DNA of 64,000 nt from an uncultured Chlamydiae bacterium (GTDB lineage Bacteria; Chlamydiota; Chlamydiia; Chlamydiales; Parachlamydiaceae): the NCBI GenBank assembly GCA_963830365.1, contig CAWHMU010000036.1, positions 1-64,000 on the forward strand, given 5' to 3'. A program made the position numbers and the translations under genes. Each line of letters opens with the position of its first letter. Position 1 is the first letter of the stretch. The notes beneath the pieces were generated by a model. That model did not search any database, had not been told where the DNA came from, and saw nothing but the letters and a program-made list of their open reading frames with translations. Positions 1 to 9,015 of this stretch are shown piece by piece.

Positions 1-991
1 GGGGCACACGCAGACTTTTCATATCGGTTTTGGCAAAAATTTCTAAGCCCGCCCGCAAGGCCGCCAGCTGCAGGATGGGAGGATTGCTGATCTGCCACCC
101 TTCGGCGCTGGGGGTCGGCTTGATCTTGTCATCCATCAGGAAGCGGGTTTTGACATCATGACCCCACCAGCCTTCGAAGCGGGGTAGGTCCAGGCGATGA
201 TGATACTGCTGATGAACGAAACACCCACCGATGGTGCCGGGTCCGCCATTCAGATATTTATAGCAGCACCAGACAGCAAAATCCACGCCGGCCTCATGCA
301 GGGCATATTCCAAATTGCCGATGCCATGCGCCAGATCAAAGCCCACCAGGCAGCCATACCGTTTGGCGAGGGCGGCGATGCGGGAAATATCGAAGGCTTG
401 CCCTGTGTAGTAATTGACGCCTTCCATTAACACCAACGCGGTTGATTCCCCGTGCTGGTTTAGGAGATGTGCAAGGTCATTTTCATCCACCACCCCGTCT
501 GCAGCCGCCGGCAGCTGGATAATGGTTGTGTCAGGATCCAAACCATGAAACTTCACTTGGGAACAAAGCGCATAGTAGTCGGAAGAGAACATGCCGGGAT
601 TGATCAAGATCTTGTATCTGGCAGCTGTCGGCCGGTAGAAAGAAACCAGCATCAGGTGCAGATTGACTGTTAAACCGTTCATCACGGAAACTTCAGCCGG
701 GCTGGCGCCGACGAGTGCGGCCAGTTTTTCCGTCAATAAGTCATGATAAAAAATCCACGGGTTCTTGCCATGCATATGCCCTTCCACGCCGAGATCTTTC
801 CATTGAGCCAGTTCCTCATTCACATAGGATGCTGTTTGCCTGGGCTGGGCCCCAAGGGAGTTGCCGGCGAAGTAATGCACCTCTTGTCCGTCTTTTGTCC
901 GTGGAATATAGAACTTTTCTCGAAAAGCATTTAAGGGATCTTTTTCGTCTTGGCTTTTGGCAAAGAGGGGGTCTAAGGAAAAATTCTCCAT
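1..991 (-). CDS. kynU: Kynureninase, 3' end beyond window edge (not in ORF track)
   Basis: Manual translation from ATG 991: MENFSLDPLFAKSQDEKDPLNAFREKFYIP...HYFAGNSLGAQP...WKDLGVEGH; GNSLG motif of kynureninases; adjacent to other kyn genes. Confidence 0.92.
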   Translation of the reverse strand, partial: MENFSLDPLFAKSQDEKDPLNAFREKFYIPRTKDGQEVHYFAGNSLGAQPRQTASYVNEELAQWKDLGVEGHMHGKNPWIFYHDLLTEKLAALVGASPAEVSVMNGLTVNLHLMLVSFYRPTAARYKILINPGMFSSDYYALCSQVKFHGLDPDTTIIQLPAAADGVVDENDLAHLLNQHGESTALVLMEGVNYYTGQAFDISRIAALAKRYGCLVGFDLAHGIGNLEYALHEAGVDFAVWCCYKYLNGGPGTIGGCFVHQQYHHRLDLPRFEGWWGHDVKTRFLMDDKIKPTPSAEGWQISNPPILQLAALRAGLEIFAKTDMKSLRVP

Positions 992-998
992 GGGTATA

Positions 999-1820
999 CT
1001 AGCCTCTTTTAGTCAGCTTAAAAAGCAGGGGCCTGCTAGGGGCGGCATCGGCCACAAAGCTTGGCATCTGCAGATTCAAGGCATAATGTCCATCCGCCAC
1101 CGATGGCGCGGCATAGATCAGCTCGGTGATAGTCCTTTCGCTATGGGATGCAGGCGTCAGTTGGCGGCTGTCCAGAGGGATATTCCAAAAAAGGCGGTGG
1201 ATGAGCATATGCCCTTCGTCATGCATGCGGTCGACGGAGGGGAAGTCGACCAGCAGATGCGCTACATGTTTTGAAAGCAGGTATTCCATGGCCTCGCGCG
1301 AGAAAAATGGCGGCGTATTTTTTTGATAGTCGCACGATAGTTTAAAAGGGCCATTAGGCAGGGTGCGGATAGCAATACCTTGGCAGAAGGCATCGGGCAC
1401 ATGCTGCAGCTTTTCTTCCAACAGGCTGCTGGTGATGAGCATATCGGCCGGCTGCAGATCCGGCAGATAGCTGTCGTGACAGTCAGATCCCTTGACGGGT
1501 AAAACGGTAATTAACGTCAGCGGAATCAATAGTGCCTTAAACACTTCTGGCACGGCGAGGGCATCTGTCGTGATATGGCCGGCGCATTCGGTATGGGTGC
1601 CGTGGCTATGCGGCGTCAGATGGTATTGGCACCAGTTGCAGCTGCCGCCGCGGCTGACATCGCCGATCATACCGGGCAACTCCCTGGTTTCGGCCGATGC
1701 CTTCCCGATGTCATGCACGTTGGGCTGCAAGCCTGAAAAATCCAGCGGCATGGCGATATCGATGCCCTTTTCGCCGTCGATGTCATAGCCTGTTGAATCG
1801 ATGTTTAATTCTATGCGCAT
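999..1820 (-). CDS. Cyclase-family metal hydrolase, probable kynurenine formamidase (KynB-like)
   Basis: HSHGTHTEC metal motif and DFPSVD; operon context. Confidence 0.8.
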   Translation of the reverse strand: MRIELNIDSTGYDIDGEKGIDIAMPLDFSGLQPNVHDIGKASAETRELPGMIGDVSRGGSCNWCQYHLTPHSHGTHTECAGHITTDALAVPEVFKALLIPLTLITVLPVKGSDCHDSYLPDLQPADMLITSSLLEEKLQHVPDAFCQGIAIRTLPNGPFKLSCDYQKNTPPFFSREAMEYLLSKHVAHLLVDFPSVDRMHDEGHMLIHRLFWNIPLDSRQLTPASHSERTITELIYAAPSVADGHYALNLQMPSFVADAAPSRPLLFKLTKRG

Positions 1821-1822
1821 GG

Positions 1823-2923
1823 TTACACGTCATCCTGAAAAAAGTAATTCACCGGCGGTAGCAGACCCTCTGGCAGCGGTGGAATAAACGGTTCCGGCAG
1901 CAGCAGCATGGGGATGAGATAGAGGTCGGCAAAGATATTATATTTTTCAACGGTAGCCTGCAGGTATTGCACTCCCGAAGAGCCGCCGGTGCCGCTTTTC
2001 CAGCCGATCATTTTCTGCACCATCTGGCTATGGCGATAGCGCCACAGCGTGAACAGGGCGTTGACTTCCACTACCTCTGTCAAGAGCATATCGGGCAAAT
2101 GCAATAGGGGATGGTGGCGGTACAGGCGGATGAAAAGGGCGGCCATGAAGGCTTTATATGAAAAGCGACGTTGCCCTGTTTTCAGCAGCTCTTGATAGGG
2201 TGCGGCATTAAATATAATAGCGAAATTAGGGCGCAGTTCATCCAGTCTTTTGTAGAAGCCCTGTCTTTCTTCCTCGGTAAATTCTGGATTATTTTGGATA
2301 TGCGCTTTCTCTTGCTGCATCATCTGTTCAAAGGCCTCTCCATAGGCATCGGTAAAGCGATAGGCGCCCTTTTCCAAGAATGGCATACCCTCCAGCCATT
2401 TTTCAATGCATCCCAATAGAGAAGTGTGCTGTTCAGCCTCTTTCAAAGCCTCTTTATGTACACTTTTCAGGTCGGTATCATAAGGGCAGCGGGCATAAAG
2501 CATTCGTTCATCCCTTTTTAAGCCGAATTTGGTTTCGATCATGCGGAATTGGTAGCTTTGGAAGCCCGACATGGTGCCTAAATTGTCCCGGAAATTGAGG
2601 AATTCCAGCGGCGACATCGTCTCCAGTACTTCGAATTCCTGCAATAAGAGATGAAAGATTTTATTGATGCGCTGCAGGCGGATCAAGATGAGTTCCATAT
2701 CCTGTTGGGCTATGGGTGCCTGGAAGAGGGCGAAGATGGAATCCAGATCGGCAATAATTTGCTTAAACCACAATTCATACACCTGATGCACGATAATGAA
2801 AAAGAGCTCTTCATGTCGCGCCGCTCCTTTTTCGGCGCTCAATAGCTTTTGGGAGGAAAGGATTTTATCCAGCTGCAGATAGTCGCCGTAGACTTCATTT
2901 GGATGAGATCTGCCTTGCTCCAT
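1823..2923 (-). CDS. kynA: Tryptophan 2,3-dioxygenase (long form)
   Basis: YGDYLQLDKIL, HEELFFIIVHQVYELWFKQ, SGFQS, GTGGSSG motifs; ATG 2923 directly after HAAO stop. Confidence 0.95.
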   Translation of the reverse strand: MEQGRSHPNEVYGDYLQLDKILSSQKLLSAEKGAARHEELFFIIVHQVYELWFKQIIADLDSIFALFQAPIAQQDMELILIRLQRINKIFHLLLQEFEVLETMSPLEFLNFRDNLGTMSGFQSYQFRMIETKFGLKRDERMLYARCPYDTDLKSVHKEALKEAEQHTSLLGCIEKWLEGMPFLEKGAYRFTDAYGEAFEQMMQQEKAHIQNNPEFTEEERQGFYKRLDELRPNFAIIFNAAPYQELLKTGQRRFSYKAFMAALFIRLYRHHPLLHLPDMLLTEVVEVNALFTLWRYRHSQMVQKMIGWKSGTGGSSGVQYLQATVEKYNIFADLYLIPMLLLPEPFIPPLPEGLLPPVNYFFQDDV

Positions 2924-2924
2924 A

Positions 2925-3449
2925 TCAAGCTGCCTTTGTCGGCGGTTGCATGACATGGCCGCATTGTTGGCAGCGCCGCTTCTCTGGATCATCATAAAAA
3001 TGTTCAAATATTGCTGGCAGTTGTTCGACGATATCGGTCACCTCGGCATATTCTTCATACAGCAGGTGGTGGCATTTTTCACAATACCATTGGAAGCCAT
3101 CCAATTCGTTGGCCTGCCTTTTATGTTCGATCACCAGGCCGATGGTGTTGGCCGGCCGTTGCGGGGAGTGGGGCGTGCGGGAAGGCAGCAGATAAACCTC
3201 GCCTTCGTTGATTGGCACATCCACAGGCTGTCCATTGTCAATCATCTTTAAAACGATAGCGCCTTCGATCTGATAAAAAAACTCTTCCCCTTCGTTGACA
3301 TGGTAATCCTTGCGTGTGTTGGGACCCGCCACCACCATCACGATAGTGTCGGTATCCTGCCAGATCACCTTGTTGCCTACCGGCGGTTTCAATAGGGCGC
3401 GATTTGCGGCCACCCATTTCTTTAAATCCACTGCCGACCTTGGAATCAT
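2925..3449 (-). CDS. nbaC: 3-hydroxyanthranilate 3,4-dioxygenase
   Basis: LKPPVGNK, GPNTRKDYH, EEFFYQ, PHSPQR, two CxxC rubredoxin-like sites. Confidence 0.96.
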   Translation of the reverse strand: MIPRSAVDLKKWVAANRALLKPPVGNKVIWQDTDTIVMVVAGPNTRKDYHVNEGEEFFYQIEGAIVLKMIDNGQPVDVPINEGEVYLLPSRTPHSPQRPANTIGLVIEHKRQANELDGFQWYCEKCHHLLYEEYAEVTDIVEQLPAIFEHFYDDPEKRRCQQCGHVMQPPTKAA

Positions 3450-3552
3450 GGAACCCCCAATTTTAATGCAGCATAAAACACAAAAAATTAAGGTACAATA
3501 AATTATTTAATTTGATATTTTAACATTAACACCTTTTAAAAGATGACGCCCC

Positions 3553-4437
3553 ATGCATGAAATTATTAAAACACACTATGACATCCCAAGGAATATCATC
3601 GAAACGATCGTGTTGCGCGCGTTAACCGAAGATCTGGCGGCCGGCGATGTGACGTCCACCGCCTGCATCGATAGCGAGGCCGCCAGCCAGGCCAAGGCTG
3701 TCGCCCGCCAGCAGCTCATTGCCTGCGGCAGCGGGGTGGCAGCCTGTGTCTTTGCAATGATCGATCCAAAGCTGCACTTTGCCGTGCAGGCCGCTGACGG
3801 CACACCGCTTGAAACCGGCGGTGTTCTCTGGACAGTCTCCGGCAACACCCGGTCGATTCTGATGGGGGAGCGCGTGGCATTGAATTTTGTCCAGCACATG
3901 AGCGGCATCGCCAGCATGACAAGGGCCTATGTTATGGCCATTCCTGCCGGATATGACACGCGCATCACTGACACGCGCAAAACGACTCCCGGTCTGCGCC
4001 CGTTGGAGCGCTATGCCGTGCGCATCGGCGGCGGCTTTAACCACCGCGATAACCTCGGCAGTGCCATCCTTATCAAAGACAATCATATCTCAGCCTGTGG
4101 CAGCATCGAAAAGGCTATCGCGCGCGCCAAGCTTTTCGCCTCCCACACCTGCCGTATCGAATGTGAAGTGGAATCGCTTGGGCAGCTGCAAGCAGCCTTG
4201 GCGGCCGGCGTCGATATCGTCCTGTTAGACAATATGCCTGATGAGGCAGTTGTTGAAGCGGTGCGTTTGGCCAAAGGGCGGGCCGTGATCGAAGCTTCCG
4301 GCGGCATCACCCTGGGTAGGATTGGCGCGCTGGCTAAAGCCGGCGTCGAGATTATCTCGATAGGCGCCATCACACATTCCGCCCCGGCTGTCGACATCGG
4401 CCTCGACATGGACTTGGTTTGCACCACAGAGGCATAG
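3553..4437 (+). CDS. nadC: Quinolinate phosphoribosyltransferase
   Basis: DTRKTTPGLR, NHR, LIKDNH, LLDNM, EASGGI motifs. Confidence 0.97.
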   Translation: MHEIIKTHYDIPRNIIETIVLRALTEDLAAGDVTSTACIDSEAASQAKAVARQQLIACGSGVAACVFAMIDPKLHFAVQAADGTPLETGGVLWTVSGNTRSILMGERVALNFVQHMSGIASMTRAYVMAIPAGYDTRITDTRKTTPGLRPLERYAVRIGGGFNHRDNLGSAILIKDNHISACGSIEKAIARAKLFASHTCRIECEVESLGQLQAALAAGVDIVLLDNMPDEAVVEAVRLAKGRAVIEASGGITLGRIGALAKAGVEIISIGAITHSAPAVDIGLDMDLVCTTEA

Positions 4438-4648
4438 AGGCACAGAGAAAAGCACTAAAAAGCAAGACAGGAGGAGAAACAGGCAAACGCTTTAGGCTAA
4501 ATAAAATATATTTCGATCACATTAAATTTGAATGCGTTTGACATGTTATAGCATCTGTTAATTCCTTTTAGAATGCATTCCAGCATGCCTTAACTGTGTA
4601 TAATTGCTTGTAATCGGCTGTTTCTCTTTGTCTCTGTGCCTATGTGGT
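4423..4648. repeat. Inverted pair of CACAGAG-type periodic repeats overlapping the nadC stop
   Basis: accacagaggcatagaggcacagagaaa (4423-4450) vs tttctctttgtctctgtgcctatgtggt (4621-4648). Confidence 0.75.
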
Positions 4649-4692
4649 AAAAAATACGCAAAGCTTTTGCTCTCAGCATTGCTCGTTTTCGA

Positions 4693-5475
4693 TCAATTCC
4701 CGCGGGAGTTGCGACGATGCTGGTTTAGCTGCAGATTGGCTTCGTAGAGTTTTAGGTATTTGTAATAGGCGGTATGGCTATTATAGGCGGAGATCACCAA
4801 GCCTTCGTATCCCCCCATGAACCCGCCTTTGATGATATAGCTTTTGATGAAGGCAAAGAGGCCATGCATAACGGCTTTGGTGGGCGATGAGTGGCACTTG
4901 CCGCGGTTCTGTTCGGCAAACAGGGTGGAATAGGCCTGCATCTTGCTTAAGAAATCGGCGATGGAGGCGTAGGAATAGTGCACGATGGGCGCCTGCAAAG
5001 GTACATAGCGCATGCCTTCAGAGATGATGGCCTCATGCACCTGGTCGTCTGAAAAACGCGTTTTAGTACGATTGTAAAGCCTGATCTGTCTGTCCGGATA
5101 CCAGCCGCACCATTTGATGAATTTGCCGTTGAAGTAATTCCGGCGGGTGAAGGCATAGACGGCTTTTGGATCGAGCTCTTCATTGGCGATGGCTTGGGCC
5201 AGTTCGGGAGTGGCGATTTCATCGCTATCGATCGAGAGGATCCAATTGTGTTTTGCCACTGCCGAGGCCATGTTATGGGTGGGTCCAAAGCCGACAAAAG
5301 GCGCATGCATCAGAGTGACATTGGGGAAGCTGCGCGCGATGTTGATGGTGCCGTCTGTCGACCCCGTATCATAGACCAGCACTTCGCCGAAAGGTGCCAG
5401 CGACTCTAGCACTTCTTTGAGATGCTTTTGGCTATTTTTGGCCAAGACCGTTACGCTGATATCTTTTAGATCCAT
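4693..5475 (-). CDS. Glycosyltransferase family 2 (WaaE/LgtF-like LPS glucosyltransferase)
   Basis: VYDTGSTDGT, WILSIDSDE, WYPDRQIRL, VHE motifs. Confidence 0.9.
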   Translation of the reverse strand: MDLKDISVTVLAKNSQKHLKEVLESLAPFGEVLVYDTGSTDGTINIARSFPNVTLMHAPFVGFGPTHNMASAVAKHNWILSIDSDEIATPELAQAIANEELDPKAVYAFTRRNYFNGKFIKWCGWYPDRQIRLYNRTKTRFSDDQVHEAIISEGMRYVPLQAPIVHYSYASIADFLSKMQAYSTLFAEQNRGKCHSSPTKAVMHGLFAFIKSYIIKGGFMGGYEGLVISAYNSHTAYYKYLKLYEANLQLNQHRRNSRGN

Positions 5476-5483
5476 GATGGGTA

Positions 5484-5960
5484 TTACCTAATTCCTTGGC
5501 TTAAGGCTTGCAAGACGCGCTCTGTGTGGCCCTCGACGGAGACGGGCTTTTCAAGCCAGCGGATGGTGCCAGAAGAGTCGACTACAAAGGTGGCGCGCAA
5601 GATGGCGAGCATTTTCTGGCCATCTTTTTCCTTCTCCTGCACGGCACCGAATTTGCGTGCCAGCTCCAGCTGTTCATCGCACAGCAGTGTGAAGTTGAGA
5701 CCGTATTTCTGCATGAATTTGACATGCGAATCGGCGCTGTCGGGACTGACGCCGATGACCAGTGTGTCAAGGTCATCCAGTTGCGGCATGTTATCCCTGA
5801 AGGAGCAGGCTTCTTTGGTACAGCCTGGGGTGTCGTCTTTAGGATAGAAATACAGCACAAAGGGGCTGCCGATGAGATCATCGCTATCGATTTCCAGCCC
5901 TTCATGGTCTTTAATCGAAAAGGCAGGAATTTTGTCGCCCACGTTTAGTTCATATGACAT
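5484..5960 (-). CDS. bcp: Peroxiredoxin BCP/PrxQ
   Basis: YFYPKDDTPGCTKEACSFRD. Confidence 0.95.
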   Translation of the reverse strand: MSYELNVGDKIPAFSIKDHEGLEIDSDDLIGSPFVLYFYPKDDTPGCTKEACSFRDNMPQLDDLDTLVIGVSPDSADSHVKFMQKYGLNFTLLCDEQLELARKFGAVQEKEKDGQKMLAILRATFVVDSSGTIRWLEKPVSVEGHTERVLQALSQGIR

Positions 5961-6058
5961 GGATAATGCTCCATTTAAAGTGTGATTGATGATATCACAA
6001 ATGGGGTCGATGTTAAATAGTTTTTTTGTTTCATTTCCAATCGCTTGGAGACATCAAG

Positions 6059-8083
6059 ATGCAATGGATAGCGCGCCTGATTTTTGCCGGTTTACTTTTG
6101 TGTGGAGAGCTATGTGCCGAGACGGCGGCGCCATCGTGGACTGTGTCCGAAATGCTGAAGGTAAAAACGCTGAAAGATGTCAGGCTCTCTCCCGACAACC
6201 GTTCAGCCATCTTCGTGGTGACTGACAGCGGGCTGGCTGACGGCAAAGACAGCTATCTTTCAAAGCTTTATAAAGTAGCTCTCAATGGCAGCCAAAATCC
6301 CATTCCCTTCACACAGGCAGAAAGTTCGGCCATACAGCCTAAATGGTCGCCTGACGGCAGATGGATCGCTTTTTTATCAGACCGCACAGGCGCGCTGAAT
6401 CTTTATCTCATCCGGCCTGATGGCGGCGAGGCCATGGCACTCACGCAAGCCAAAAGTAATATCCATACCTTTCAATGGTCTCCCGATAGTCGCCGCATTG
6501 CCTTCGTCATGCCGGACGCCTTAGCAAACAGTTCGGACGGTGGTACAAGCGACGCTATCGTCTATCAGCAAGACGATAGCGTCAACCGTCTGTGGCTGGT
6601 CGAGGTGGCCGCGCCTTTGTCGCTTAGGGCACTGACGCCCGATGGCTACTTCGTGCGCGGCTGCGGCGATTTTGGTACGGCTAATGAAGAGTTCGACTGG
6701 TCGCCTGATGGCAAGAGCATTATTTTTGCCTATGCGCCGGCGGCAGGCTTTGATAATTTCTACCGACACAGCAGCCTTGCCGGTTTGGATATTGAAACAG
6801 GCAAGATCATTCCATGGGAAAAGCTTTCCCAGCATGAATCGTTGCCCCGCTATTCACCTAATGGAAAATGGGTGGCCTACCTCAGCAGCGACACGCCGGC
6901 AAGCTATGCCATCCAGCGCCAGGTGGCTGTCAGGGCGGCCGACGGCACGCAATTCCGCCTGCTGGCGCAGACTTTCAATGCCGGACCATTTATGGCCGGA
7001 CCCAGCCTTTTGGGATGGCATCCGGCAGGAGAGCAGGTGCTTTTGTTCGAGCCGAAGGGCACGAAATTCCAGCTGCTGTGGCTGCCGCTCAATGGAGGGC
7101 CCGCCAAAGAAATCGTCGTCGGCGGCGGCCTGATCCAATCCCCCGTGCTGAGCGATGACGGCACCATGCTGGGGATGAGCGTGCAAACCCCTTCCTCCCC
7201 GCCGGAAGCCCATGTCGCATCCCTGGCAGACTTTAAACCAAAACCCATTTCATCGCTTAATAGTCCGTTTAAAACCTATCCAAACGCCTGCACAGAGGTG
7301 GTCTCTTGGCGGTCCACCGACGGCCAGAGCATCGAAGGATTATTGACCTATCCCGTCGGCTACCAGCCCGGCAGGCGCTATCCGCTGCTGCTCGTCATCC
7401 ATGGCGGTCCGATGGGCTTTTTCAACGAGTCTTTCCTCGGCTCGCCTGGGGTATATCCGCTGGCGGCCTTGGCAGAGGCCGGTTTTGCCATCTTGAGGCC
7501 CAATCCCAGGGGCTCCTGCGGCTATGGCAAGGCCTTCCGCTGTGCCAATTATGGGGATTGGGGCGGCAAGGACTACCAAGACATCATGTCGGGCGTTGAT
7601 GCCGTCATAGCCCGCGGCATCGCCGATGGCGACAGGCTGGGCGTTATGGGATGGAGCTATGGCGGCTATATGAGCGCCTGGATCGTCACGCAGACGGCAA
7701 GGTTCAAGGCCGCCTCTATTGGGGCGGCGGTGACGAATCTGACGAGTATGTCTGGTACAAGCGATATGCACGGCATGCTGGAGGATTATATGGGGCATTT
7801 TTCAACAGAGGCCGAGCGCTACCGCGAGCGGTCGCCGATCTACTATGCCGACAAGGTGACGACGCCCTGCCTTATCCAGCATGGGCTGGATGATGAACGC
7901 GTGCCTGTCACGCAGGCTTATGAGCTCTACCACGCCATGAACCGCCAAAAGCAAGTGGCCACGCTTGTGCTCTATCCGCATAGCGGCCACGGCATCAAAC
8001 AATCCAAACAGCTCATCGACGCCGCAGAACGCAATTTGTCCTGGTTCAAAGAGCACTTGTCAAGTGGGTCATCAATCCAATAA
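6059..8083 (+). CDS. Exported S9 family peptidase (beta-propeller + alpha/beta hydrolase)
   Basis: Signal peptide, repeated WSPDG, HGGP, GWSYGG nucleophile, DERV Asp, SGH His; GGAG before ATG 6059. Confidence 0.93.
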   Translation: MQWIARLIFAGLLLCGELCAETAAPSWTVSEMLKVKTLKDVRLSPDNRSAIFVVTDSGLADGKDSYLSKLYKVALNGSQNPIPFTQAESSAIQPKWSPDGRWIAFLSDRTGALNLYLIRPDGGEAMALTQAKSNIHTFQWSPDSRRIAFVMPDALANSSDGGTSDAIVYQQDDSVNRLWLVEVAAPLSLRALTPDGYFVRGCGDFGTANEEFDWSPDGKSIIFAYAPAAGFDNFYRHSSLAGLDIETGKIIPWEKLSQHESLPRYSPNGKWVAYLSSDTPASYAIQRQVAVRAADGTQFRLLAQTFNAGPFMAGPSLLGWHPAGEQVLLFEPKGTKFQLLWLPLNGGPAKEIVVGGGLIQSPVLSDDGTMLGMSVQTPSSPPEAHVASLADFKPKPISSLNSPFKTYPNACTEVVSWRSTDGQSIEGLLTYPVGYQPGRRYPLLLVIHGGPMGFFNESFLGSPGVYPLAALAEAGFAILRPNPRGSCGYGKAFRCANYGDWGGKDYQDIMSGVDAVIARGIADGDRLGVMGWSYGGYMSAWIVTQTARFKAASIGAAVTNLTSMSGTSDMHGMLEDYMGHFSTEAERYRERSPIYYADKVTTPCLIQHGLDDERVPVTQAYELYHAMNRQKQVATLVLYPHSGHGIKQSKQLIDAAERNLSWFKEHLSSGSSIQ

Positions 8084-8124
8084 AGGATAGGAAAAACAAG
8101 CGGCGTTGGGGTCTTTTCACTGAC

Positions 8125-8313
8125 TCCATAGGTTGATACCTATGGCTACATGCTTCCGCCTCTATCGAGGCTAACTAGACCTTCTGTGCTAGAATGCCGA
8201 TTTGTTTCAAAAGAACATTGCAAATAGATCATTACTTCTCATATTTCAACCATCAATTACTAAGGATTTTTTGACGAATCATCATGGGCAGGTACTCATT
8301 TGTGCGATGAGCC
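8125..8313 (+). mobile_element. Right half of the MITE found intact at 59784-60330
   Basis: Near-identical to 60134-60330 (ccataggttga.acctatggctacatgcttccgcctctatcgaggctaactagacc...ctcatttgtgcgatga). Confidence 0.85.
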
Positions 8314-8459
8314 GTCTGTTTCTCTTCTGTTCAAAATTGATATCAGCATCTAAAAAAGCTGGGAAATTCAGACAAAATGGATCCTAATATTGCGGCTCAG
8401 ATTGAAGGTCTGAGCCCCATAAAGATGCATTGATGTGTCGCTTTTATGGAAGAAAAACA

Positions 8460-8614
8460 AGCCTTGTTCACCTTCATAGGAAACTTTCGGTCACGATGAT
8501 ACTATCTTCTCTATCCTCTCTCCGTGCTCTCTGTGCCTCTGTGTTTCAAAAAAATCAAACACAGAGGCACAGAGAGCACGGAGCAAGAAATTGACCGGTT
8601 GGGTGAACAACGCC
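8460..8614. mobile_element. MITE with internal CACAGAG hairpin; 8-bp target duplication gaaaaaca
   Basis: Ends agccttgttcacc / ggtgaacaacgcc; gaaaaaca at 8452-8459 and 8615-8622; inverted copy at 26022-26165. Confidence 0.88.
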
Positions 8615-9015
8615 GAAAAACAGACACACACATCCATTAGGCCGTTTTGAACTTTTTGATAGCCCAAGCCTGACCCATGTCATTATAAAAAAAAAGTCAG
8701 GCCTATTGGTTTGGTGCCTTTCTTAGGTGAATAACCTAATACCAAGCCTGACCCTCTTTTTTCATCGAAGCGGCTTTGACAGCCACCTCCCATGCCATCA
8801 GCATTCATTCCGCAGAGAGCTCTGCGCGCGCCCATCTCTGTCTCTTCTCAATTATCTTAAGACACGCCAGCCTTCGGTATTAGTTTTTTTATATAACATG
8901 CTCAGTGGTGTGGCTAACGAGATGTATTTGTTTTTAAGGAAAGTCATGCTTGAAGATTTATGCAAGAGTTGTGTAGTATTGCCAGCAACTAGCATAACAT
9001 TTATTGCAGGTCATT

